From: Guillardia theta CCMP2712
Taxonomy: Eukaryota > Protista > Cryptophyta
DNA length: 64,000 nt
Reading direction: 5' to 3'
Assembly (NCBI RefSeq): GCF_000315625.1
Contig: NW_005434671.1
Span: forward strand, 538,078 to 602,077
Below are positions 49,536-60,736 of the stretch, piece after piece. Positions within the stretch are counted from its first letter, which is position 1. Each line of letters begins with the position of its first letter. A program made the translations under genes and the position numbers. The notes beneath the pieces were generated by a model. That model searched no databases. It had not been told where the DNA came from and saw only the letters and a list, made by a program, of their open reading frames with translations.

Positions 49536-51837
49536 ATGAGCATACCAGGCCTGGTGTCTGTGAAGCGGTGCAGGCTTCCATGGATCCCAACAGCTGCGAC
49601 TTTGCTGTCCCTCTTGCACGTTGTGCACCCGTTGACTCTCCCACTCAGTTTGAGCCCCACGCCGAGGCTGTCTGGGCATGCCCTGCTCCTCAAGAGCACA
49701 AGATCGATGGCGAACAGAGGGATGTCTCGCTTGCGAATGACCATAACGCAGCCAAGGAAAGATGAGCCCAACAACTTTCAAGAGATTGGACTCATCGGTG
49801 CTGCAGCGGTGGTTGGAGCGGGATCTGGCCTGGCAGTGGTGGCTTTCAAGGAAGGGATCAAGGCCATGAGGGGATGGACTTACCAGGGGTCGTATGCTCA
49901 GCTTGTCCACAATATCGGCTCGTTTCTCCCGTCCTCCGGGCTGCCTAACATGGAGGGTATCAACCTCGAGTACATCTGCTTCCCTGTGATGGGAGGGCTG
50001 CTCACCTCGCTCTTCCTCTTGGTCCTCCGCAAGGACTTCGGGCCGGGCCTGACCGGTCAGCTCGAGGAGGTAGACCGAGGCGTTCCCATCGACCCCGTCA
50101 GGTTCCTTGCCCGGCAAGTCTCCGCCGTGGCTGCCCTGGGCTCGGGATGCTCCCTGGGACCTGAAGGGCCCTCGGTCGAGATCGGGCTGACGGTGTCAAG
50201 AGCAGTCTCCAGCACGCTGGGGCTGGATGCGTCCCTCAGGAGGATCCTCGCCTCTGCTGGGGCGGCAGCTGGGGTGGCAGCTGGGTTTAACGCGCCTCTG
50301 ACGGGCGTCGTGTTTGCACTGGAGATCGTGCAGCCCACGATCTCGAAGCAGGAGGAAGGCCTCCCCGACGCGAAGCTCACAACCGCGCAGAGGGCGGCCG
50401 CGGGAACCGTCCTGACGTCAGCAGCAATCGCGTGTCTTGTCGCCCGGTCAGGCATCATGGTCTCCGAGCGGTTCATGGTGAAGGAGTACTTCATCGTGGA
50501 CAAATTCGCGGAGCTGCCGGTGTACATGACGCTGGGAATTCTCACAGGGGTGGTGGCGGCGAGCTTCCGTTTCCTCGTCAATCAGTTCAGAAAGTTCTAT
50601 GCGGGAGAGGTTCCAGGGCTAGAGGGGATGGCTCGAGTCCCGCGGGAGCTGAAGCCTTTGATAGCTGCTTCCCTGTGTGGGGTGGTGGCGACCAAGTATC
50701 CTCAAGTGCTTTTCTTCGGCTACGAGACGGTGAACAGCTTGCTCGCCGAGTCAGCGACTTACGTTGACGATACTGAGACGCTCCTGACCCTCATGGTCCT
50801 CAAAGTCACTCTCACCGCGTCCTGCGTGGCCAGCGGGCTCATGGGAGGAATCTTCGCTCCTTCCTTGTTCTTCGGAGCGACGCTGGGAGCAGCTTATGAC
50901 AACGTGATGCGAGGAGACTTGGGGTTGGACATCGCCAGCACGACGAGGTACCCGAGAGCTCTCTTGGGAATGAAGTGACTTGATGCAGCTACGCGATGGT
51001 CGGGGCCGCGGCGGTGCTTGCCAGTGTGTTCAGGGCTCCGGTCACAGGTTGTCGATTGAACTCAAGCGGCTTGTCTGACTTGTCTCTCGCTCTCAAGGGA
51101 TCCTCTTGCTCTTTGAGCTCACGCGCAACTATGACATCGTAATGGAGGAGACAGCGAGTGTGGCACATGAGCTTACAAGCCCACGCAGGTGCTGCCACTC
51201 ATCGCAACAGTGGCCATGGGAACAGTCACCATCGACATGTGAACCTTGCTCCTGGCCCTTGGCTTGTGCTGACATAAGCGCAGCATCGAGTCCTCTCATC
51301 CTCAGCCAACTTGGGCCTGGTGGTGGCAAAATTCCAACCCTGAGAACAACGGCTCTACATCGGCGGCCGAGGACCCCGACATCCTCTGTGAGGGATTGTG
51401 CGCGCTCGCGATGTCCTGACTGTCATGCAGGGTCTGCACTCAAGGCAGGAGCGGACGAGGACGACAACATCAGCTTGAGAAAACTTCTCTCCTCGCTCGA
51501 GGTAGCGACCTTAGTGGACGACGCGGAGCCCTTTGACGTGTCATGGCAGACGCTGAGGGAGACAGGCAGCATCGACAAGCACACCCTCGTGGAGATGATC
51601 CGGAAGCTGGGCTTCGACGAGGAGCACGAGAGCATCCAGAGCCTGGGCGGGGGGCCTGGCGAGCTGGTGGACGAGGACGAGGTCCGGCTGCTGCTCCGAC
51701 GCCTTGTGGGTAACGTGCTGCCTCCCACCCTCCTTGACGCCTCTGGCAGATCGAGGACAACCAAGTTGAGCGCAAGTGACGCGTGCTCCTCTCCCTCCTC
51801 CTCTCCCTCCTCCGACCTCTCCTTTGTGTCTTTTTAG
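49536..51837 (+). CDS. CLC chloride channel/transporter (CLC-e/f or prokaryote-like), with N-terminal extension
   Basis: SLGPEGPSV, AAGFNAPLTG..FALE, GGIFAPSLFFGA, RAPVTG..LLFELTRNYDI. Confidence 0.92.
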
Positions 51838-51956
51838 GTTCTCTTAGCCCCGGCGCCTGTTAGATAGTCTCCGCTGCTCGTTGTTCTTCCCTTGTTTTCA
51901 AACGTTCGGTGGTCTTTACATGTCATTCGTCCCATCAGCTCCCTCCTCCCGCCCTC

Positions 51957-52902
51957 TCACTGCGTTATCGGCGGCATACGCAGCGCTACCTTGTCCAGCT
52001 CCTCCTTTGCTATGGCAACAAACATCTGAAGATCGACCTGAAGAGAGCCTGTGAGCCTCCGTCCTCGCTTCTCCTCCACAAACTCCTCCTCCTCTTCCCC
52101 CTCCCCCTCCCCGAACTCCACCTCCTTCTCCTTCACCACGACATCCTCCTTCTGCCACTCTCCGACCCCCTCCTCATCCTCCCTGATTTCCCCAGCCACC
52201 TGCAGCCCTCACCTTCTCAGTCGATGTCGAAGTGAAGTCCTTGATGCCCAGGTTCTGCATCGCTTTCTCTAGCTGAGAGGGCGTGAGGGGAACATAGCAA
52301 GGAGGAAGCAGTATGCCGCTCACTTGTACATGCGTTATCTTCCCGCTCCCCGTCAGGTCAAACATCCCGAACATCGCTATCAAGTCCTTCTCCTCAAAGA
52401 ATGACGGGACCTGAGCTCAATCCCTCAGCGGACCGGCACCACTGACATCTCCTGACGAGATACCGGGACTTGCTGCTGCTGGCATTCGTGGATTCTTTTC
52501 AGCTCTTCGACTAGAAACGCGCGCGGGTCCTCCGGCTTTACAAACAAAATCTACTTGCAATGGTTGACGGTGGGTAGACGTGCAAAAGAACATGCTCCTC
52601 CTCCCCCAAGTACAAGGGGAGGCAGCAAGCGACAGGAGAGAGCAGGAGCAGGGAGGGAGAGGGAGACTGCAAGGATAGATGAAGAGCGAGGAAAGGGAAG
52701 CTGGGGAGGGATGGGGGACGAGAGTTATTTGAACATGTGGAGGGAGGGAAGGGTATGAACGGGGAGGGAGGGGAAGGAGGAAGGGAGAGTTCTGGCTGTA
52801 GGAGGAGCATACCTTTGTACTGAGATGTCTGATCAAGCTTCTGATGTTCTTCTCCTCTAGATACTTCTCTGCTGACTTGCGCGGATCCTTTGATTCCGCC
52901 AT
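51957..52902 (-). CDS. EFCAB10-like protein (RIIa/DPY30-like docking domain plus EF-hand)
   Basis: AEKYLEEKNIRSLIRHL...LFVKPEDPRAFL...DLIAMFGMFDLTGSGKITHVQLEKAMQNLG across about five exons. Confidence 0.75.
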
Positions 52903-53689
52903 GGCGCCCCGAGCCCCAATGTGGAAGGAACAACTCACCTTCAGGGGAGGGGGGTGGTAATCTACGGGGTCCATTTATATTCAAAATGCCCTCATAAGAT
53001 AGGGTGGGGTGGGTATGGAGGGGTGGTCAAGAATCGGACGTCCGTTGATCTCTCGGTTGGTCTCACCTGTCAAGTCACTCACTCTGAGAGCAAAGGAGGA
53101 AGACGATGCGAGGAGAGGAGGGGAGCGAAGAGAAGATGAAGGGATCCTAGGGGAGGAGAGGAGGGAGGAGAGGAGGGAGGAGAGGAGGGAACAGCCCAGA
53201 GGGGAGAATTCAGCTTGTAATCATAACTGGCAACAAATTCCCTCAAAGTGGATCGAAACTTGCTCTTTCTCTGAGCGAAAGCTTCGATAGCAACAGCCTC
53301 CGACAGGCAGGACCTGACCTGAAATAAAAAATACCTTGGCTGCCAACGTCCCGACTTAGCTCGATGCCTTGGGCACCATGCAAGACATCAATCAGATTCC
53401 AATCATCCTTGCGCTCTCTATTGGTGGCCCTTGTCTCATGACTGCCGATGCCTCTTTCTCTTGCACTGGTGGGTCGACGTGGCTGACTTGCCACTGAGGC
53501 GTGCGAGAAGTCACTTACAACCCGAGAAGGTCTAGGAGCCCTTCTCTCTTCCACCTGATATTCCTCGGTTCTCTACCGGGCCGACACCTCCTCCTCCACC
53601 ACCACCACCTCTTCTGCCTCCTCCTAGCGGAGGTGTAAGTCTGCCCTGTGATAGCTGCTCATACACACGTCAAAGCTCTCGCTGCCCCT

Positions 53690-54906
53690 TCAACCCACTT
53701 TGCCAAGGATTGCCGACGAGATCATGCAAAGGATCAAAACCCCCATGATGTCAGTCAGAGTCGCCAGCATCGGCGAGCTGATGTGGCACGGGTCCAGACC
53801 AGCCCTCTCCAGCGCGAGAGGAACGACTGTCCCCCCAGCGATCGCCCCGACGATGGTCAAGAAGGTGGCAGCGGACACGATGAAGGCTGCGGTGATGTTG
53901 GACCCGTGAGTAATCATCACCCTGACGAAGGCAGCGGCCGCCAGGATCAACCCGATGGCGCTGGATGCCAGCACCTCCCTCAGCAACACCTTGAGCATGT
54001 TCTTGGTGTTGATCTCCCCGGTGCTCATCCCTCGGATTACCAAGGACGAGCTCTGGTTCCCCGCGTTCCCTCCGGTCCCTATGAGCATCGTGAGGAACAG
54101 CGCGAGGAAGACGTTCTCCTGGATCAGCTGCTCGTAGTGCGAGAGCACCACGGAGCTCATGGACTGGAGGATCATCAAAGTGGTAAGCACTGAGCTCCTC
54201 CTGACGATCAAGTCCCATAGCGAGCTGCCGAAGTAGGATCGATCCCTGATACGATTTCGACCCTCGAGCGTCACTGTACCCTGCCATGAGTCGGGTGAGA
54301 AAGGAAGGAGGCGGCATGGGGCAGTGGAGTAGCTACCTGTTGTAGCCTCTCCTTGTCCGAATCGATGATCAGAGTGTCGACGACGGCGTCCTTCATCAGT
54401 CCCGATTGCCTCAAACGATTGAGAATGTCCTCGGGGTTTCCTTTCATCTTCAACACCATGTTGAAGGATCCATCGTCATCCAACACTATCTCAGTCTTCT
54501 TGTCTTCATTCGCTTCGGCTTGCAGCCCTCTCTGAACTGCTTGCTTCTTGTTCCTCCGCTGCTGCAGGCCCTCCACCAACTTGACGATGCTTTCTTCTTG
54601 GTCAGAATGAACGACTGGATCCCGGTTCATGCTCACTCCATAGGCGATGCTCCCGTTGATCCTCCTCGTCCGCTGCATCTCACTCGCGTTGTCCTGCTCG
54701 TCTGCATTCTGCTTCAATGACGCCCTGTTGCAAACAAAACTGCGGCTGTTCCTCGTGGACAGCATCAGGGTAGCAAAGGCTGAGGAGACTGAAGGGGGAC
54801 AACGACGAGACGGACAGCTTCGAGAGCAAGGAGGGGAGGGAGGGAGAGACACGATGAGCGGCAAGCCCAGCAGCGCCAGCAGCGCTTGAGGCCGCCACCC
54901 TGGCAT
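53690..54906 (-). CDS. MgtE-family magnesium transporter (TM domain only), with N-terminal targeting-like sequence
   Basis: LTMLIGTGGNAGNQSS..VIRG, LDP..ISSPMLATLTDIMG, and hydrophobic N-terminus MPGWRPQALLALLGLPLIVS. Confidence 0.88.
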
Positions 54907-55029
54907 TGCAACGGGGTGCGAGGGGGAGGAGACCAGCGCAGAACTGATTCTCCTACTTTCTGCCCCACCAATCTCTCTATAGTTCTTCCTAAATAGAAAC
55001 TGCTGCCCCAAATTGTTTCCTAGTAGAGA

Positions 55030-55290
55030 GTCACTAACAAGGTTGGGTAGGGTATCTCGGGTGGGGTACATGGGGGTACTTTAGCGCAAATGGGGGTGAC
55101 ATGGGAGAACCCTCAAAAGCATATGCAGAGGTAGGGTGGGGTGGGGGTTGTGACGAGTAACCCAACTGGCAAAGACCCATGATACTAGCAGTGATCGATC
55201 CGATCATTCAAAGCCCGGCCGGGCGGCCCGGGGGCGGGCCGCCGCCGCGGCCCGCCCGGGACTCGTCCCGGGAGTCCCCGCCGTGTGACA
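55030..55290. repeat. G-rich tract plus short CCGG island
   Basis: ggggta/ggggtg runs then gcccggccgggcggcccgggg, between divergent genes. Confidence 0.5.
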
Positions 55291-55754
55291 GCGAGATGTG
55301 CAACTAAGTCTCGTACCGTACACCGTCTCAGGTGATCCGATCCGACTTCACTCAGGCTGCCATGTTGTCAAGTGCGAACGCACTGCGGCAAAATGATTCG
55401 CCGGCACGGTGCCCAGATCGCGACAATGATGCGGCTGTGGAAGGTATCAGTTACCGTACCGTCAGACAGTGAGTTTGAGGGACAGCAGTTGGCAGGCCCG
55501 ATCTCGACCGGACTCCCAGAGTCTCCTGTCACCGTGGCACCAGTACCGGGGGAGTCGATATCAACTTTGCCGGGATGCACAAGGCTGAGTCGACTCGGCT
55601 ACAGTACGGATGCTTTTTAGTCAACTAAACAGAACTCACTGAAATACGACCCATATTCAGTGGGGAGGGGTCACTGCCCCAGGGAAGCTCATAGTAGAGG
55701 GGGGGTGGGGTATCTATGTGGGTTTGCTGGAACTGAAGAAAAGGCGGGAAGAAC

Positions 55755-58700
55755 ATGGCGGAACCGGCGACCAGCCTAGCCAAGGGCAGCGACACTTGCC
55801 TCGAGCATGAAGAACTTATGAGCCATCAGGAGCAGCCAAGGCCAAGCAGCAAACGAAAAGCCGAAGAAAGCCTACATGTCGAAAGTCGGAAGTTTCGCAA
55901 TTCCCCCGACGTCGAGACAGAAACTGTACGTGAGAGCCTTGGACATAGAGAGATGATGGGAGGTAACGAGATCACCACAAGTGCTACAGCAGAGTTTCAA
56001 TCAACAAGCAAACCTGATGGAGCATTGTGTGGTCATACCTCTCTTCAAGGTGAAACAAAGCAACTGAGCGACCCCAATTCAGAGCCAAGGTACGAATGGT
56101 TCCCGGATGGACACCACCTTCTTGGAGAGACTTTCTCTACCTGTAAGGATGATCAGTCACTGCAAGGGAAAGTAGTGATGTGGGGAAGGCCCTCATTTGA
56201 CCATTCCTGTAAGCTATCCATCTTCCAAGTATTTCTTTACGACGTAGATGGTTCAGTCAAAATGAAAGAGATATGGAATGAGATTAAGGTTCACATGTAT
56301 CTGCATCCTCACCAAAACAAATCTTTGCAAGACGAATTGCAATCGGAAGACAAAGTAAGGCGGTCGATTCGGCTGGGAGAATTTGTAACCACTCCAAAGG
56401 AAATCAAATCAGTTCCAGGATCGACAATCAGCTTTGAAGCTCCGCCAGAACCACCACGTTCGAATGAAGTTCAGTCTCCTGAGCTCCTTGATTTGCAACT
56501 ATGGTATTATCCTGGAGATCTGTACATTAGAAACGTCTACATAGCTCCTTGGGTGGTAAATATTCTTCATTTCCTCCGCCAAAATGGAACTTCTCTGCTG
56601 TTAAGTATCTTGTCGAAATTTAGAAATGGTTTTTCTGAAAAAGGCAGCGAACAAACAAATGAAAGCTTTTTCAGGGATAGATGTGGACAAGGTGTAGGAT
56701 TACAGACTTTGAAATCAAAATACTTGGAGTCTGTCGCCTGCTATGCGATTTTCAATCCCAACGCATCTAGAAGTAGTGAAGGTAGGCCCAGCTCCTTGAT
56801 GGATCTCAATGGCGTATCAGACTTCAAGATCACCTACATAAGGAACAAGGATAAGATCTTCGAAAATGCATTTTTCGCGGCCAAACTGGGAAGTCTCGAT
56901 CTAAGAGTCAAATTGCGCGTTTGCTCGTATTGTGGGTCCTGTTTCAGTGGTCGATTTGAAAATGGATTTGGGTGGAAGAAAATTACCAGTAAAACTAAAG
57001 CTGGCAACTTCGATTGGAAACAATTGATGGGGTATGATTGTCAAGCTTGCGTGTATGTGGGAGGTCCGCTTATTTCCTGATCAGGTGGACCCTTTGTCAA
57101 GCTTGCTACATTCATAGATCATCAAAAGGAAATTTGGCCGATTCATTGAGGAAGAGAATCACACAGCTTGTTGGTAACTTTTGAAATTGACATGTGCGTT
57201 TTATATTGACATGTGCTTTTCAGTCGATCGAAAAGAGTTTCAAATATGTGAAGTGGAATCCGAGGACTTTGAGATATTGAATAACACTTCTGTCAACCAA
57301 GGGTGCAAAGACAAATCAAGTGCATTTGTCCTGAATAAGAATGACAAAATTGAAGTGATGCATTGTCAGCAATGGTAAGTATCACCCAGAGCTTGCCAGG
57401 TACACATCAGGTTTTTGTAATGCTATCTTGCAGGTTACTAGCGACCGTTGTGGAAGAATCTGGTGGGATGATTCAAGCAAAATACACGTTCTGCAACACT
57501 CGTTGGCTGCGATATTTGTATCGTGACAGTGATGAATGGCGAATGATATCAAATGAAGTGATATCTGATTTTATCTTTGGCTTCTGCCTTATCTTGCTTG
57601 ACAGCACTCAATATCAAGAACGACAAAATACGCTTGCTGCACAGGAGTCTATCACAACGTATCTCCTCCTTCACAACATGAAGAAGACATCAGATTAGAG
57701 GGTCAGCAGAAATCTATTCAGAGAGATTTGGACCCAACGCCTTTGAAGTTTCGACGGTTTTGTCACTTTGTCCCTGGATCTGGCTGTAGGCACCTGAACA
57801 CACTTGAAGGTCTGAAGATACTCCACAACATGAGGGAACTCTGGATCACTCTCGCGATCAAATCAAACAGGTAAACGATGCTTCTGAGCTGAAGTGATCC
57901 TGTGTGTCCATTTGTCAAAATGAAACTTTTCCAGGAATATTTGCAGGCACAGAATCACTTGTTCATCCTTGCAGAGTGTTGCAGAGATATTGCAAAGGGC
58001 GATGTCGTGGTAAAACCTTTGAAGAAGAACTCTTCCTATATACAGGTATCTCTATTAGAGCATGTCAAATCCTGGTGTGTCATTGTTGAACAAAATTTCA
58101 TGTATACAGGGTCGATGTACTTTTGATGGGGCACAAGATTTTGTTACAAACAACAGACATAACTGGGTAACGATTTGTTTTAGGGAGTACCTTTTTTTCA
58201 ATTTTCCTATGCAGGTTATTCTCAATGGGGACCATGATCGGTACATTATCGAAGTAGGATCTTATGACAGAGGTAAGAAAGAAGCTCTATGAAGGGTTAC
58301 GGTGACTAGTTCAATTTCGGATAATCTCAGAAACAAGGTCACAGCACTTCCTCGTCAGGTCTCAGGAGGGCAATTCTCAACATTTTACCGTGTTCCTCCG
58401 AACGCATGTCACAAAGGCACAGAAAGACCAAATTTTTATCAACATCGTGTGGAACTCAGCAGAAGAAGTATGTGTTATTGATTTTCTCCGGCAAGTGTTT
58501 CACTTGAAGGAGGGAATACAATTTGAAATGATATGCTCAATGAGTTCTGCGAATGATTACGTGAATGATTTAGTGTTTCCGATACAAGTTAATTGCTCCG
58601 TAGATGTTTTGTAAGCATTCAAAAGTCGATTTGCCCCTGCTATGTGACATTGTGCGGACAAGAACTTGCCTAAGTATTGAATGTGAACAGGTATATCTAG

Positions 58701-59480
58701 TCCTTTGAATTCAAACAAATCCTAATTCTTCAACTAGCAGGACAGAGCAACAATTGACATCTCAGGTTTGTTGACTCATCATTCCAATCCAGACAAGATT
58801 CGACCTGCAGTAATAATTCACAGGAACGCACTTATTCAGGTAGATACATATTCTTTGAAACGATGTTCTCAGAAATGTTTGCTGATATTGAAACTCCTAT
58901 CAGTATGTTTGCTTGTCGGATATATCGCATGCAAGGAGTGTTGTCATTCGTTGGCTGGCTGAAAATTGCAGGTGAATGTTTTATGGTTGTTGTTTTGTAG
59001 AATTGATAATCTCTGCATAGTGAAGCTTTCATGAGGAAAACCTCAAATCATATGGCAGCGGAGTACAACAAGACGAAAGCAAATAGATTGAAGCCGGAGA
59101 GTGACGAAATGATGATTGTTGGGCAGTGCGATTTCTTTAGTTGGAATTGGGAATCAGAAAATGTGCATCGGGCACGCTTGTCGATTCGATCAAATGAAAT
59201 CGATCCTTCAATTCTGGATGATTGCGACGCTATTTCAAACTCAAATAAGAAGAAGAAAAGTCGGAATGTGAACAGTTCCCAATCTAAAGATGGCTTTCAG
59301 GAGTTCAAATGTTTTAAGGAGAAAATCTTTGAAGACGAAAATGCGTCATTCATTCTGAAAAAGATGCAAGGACTCGGTCAAGAACTGCAGATGTGCGAAG
59401 CCCGCCAAGAGGCTTTGACCCGAAACCTTCAGGATATCTTGCAAACTCAGGAAATTGGTTCTATTGATGAGTATCAATAA
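55755..59480 (+). CDS. Hypothetical multi-exon protein(s) in an AT-richer segment
   Basis: 441-aa first ORF then a chain of short same-strand ORFs with GT-AG boundaries. One piece is Tudor/chromo-barrel-like (DKIEVMHCQQWLLATVVEE). No family recognised. Confidence 0.45.
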
Positions 59481-60736
59481 AGTACTACATGCAGTGGATA
59501 CAAAAGATTCAGGATCTGTTGATTTATTGAGATGCTTTGATAAGAAATATCATCATTGAAATTCAGCCTGCAAGCAAACTTGGAATGCAGTTGTTGTCAT
59601 TTCAAGCAGAACCATGCTGGATCAATCCCAACACCAGCCTGTCACAAAAATTCGGCCTTTCATATTCTCTCCAACCCAAAGCTGTCTTGCTCTTCATCTA
59701 ATTGTGTGCAATTTTCATAGCCAGCTCATGCATCTGCCTCATCTGCTTCTACATAAATGTTGATCTCCTTTACTACTTGCTCAAATCTTCAACTTGCTTT
59801 CCTCGATCATTCATTTTCATACCTCCTGCTTCGGCTCACCATCTGATGTATCTCTAACCTTACCAGCTCCACGTCACTCTACGGTGTCCCTGCTCATGGT
59901 CTTTTTGCCTTCCATTAGTTGACTTTGACCGCCTTCTCTCCTCTTGCCTGTTCTGTTGGACTGGACTCACTTATTGTACCCTACTTCTGTCCATTCCTCT
60001 CTTTCTCTCTCCTCTTCCATCCCCACTGTTCCTCTCTTTTCTTCATTTCTGGTTTTTCTTCCTCTCCTCCCCTTCCCTCTTATCTCCTTCTCCACCTCTG
60101 ATTTTTCTCTTCCTCTTCCCAACTTACTCCTCTCCTTTTCTTCCATCTCTTCTCCCTCTGCTCCCCTTCTCCTTCCCTCCTCCCTCAGATCTCAAATTCA
60201 AAATCTCTCTCACCAAGCTCGCCTCAATAAAGTACCCTACCCCCCTCTTTCTATCATGCAATGGTCATCGAGGGTGGGTTGTTGGGAAGAGCGCGGGAAG
60301 CGAGCAGGGAATGGCGAGAGGGAGGGCGTAAACGGTGCAGGGAAGCCGAGGTAGAGTGAAGAGAGAGGAAGAGAGAAGAGGGAGAAGAAGAAGAAGAAGA
60401 AGAAGAAGAAAGAGGTAGAGTGAAGAACAACATCAAACAGCGAGCAAGCAAGCTCTAGTGGAAGCGATCGTTTTCAATCAACACGCATAGCGGGATCTGT
60501 CGAATCATCCACTACAAACCAGCAATCACAGGTCACACGTAGATAAGCTTGCTTCAGCGGTCACTGGGTTGAAGAGATCAAATCAGATTCAAAACAGAAG
60601 TGAAACATCATCAAAAATTGAAACAAGGAAGCAAGCTCGTGCGTTCTTCCTCTGAATTGGTTTATGTCGACCAACATAAGTTAATCATCCAAGATCGTAC
60701 ACATCCATTGCACACGTTTCTTCTCTTTATCTCGGA

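Noticed and set aside
25973-52902. Functional phototaxis cluster (rhodopsin, CFAP74, EFCAB10-like, CLC)
   Set aside because: The genes are interspersed with unrelated housekeeping genes and there is no evidence of co-regulation, so the proximity is probably chance.
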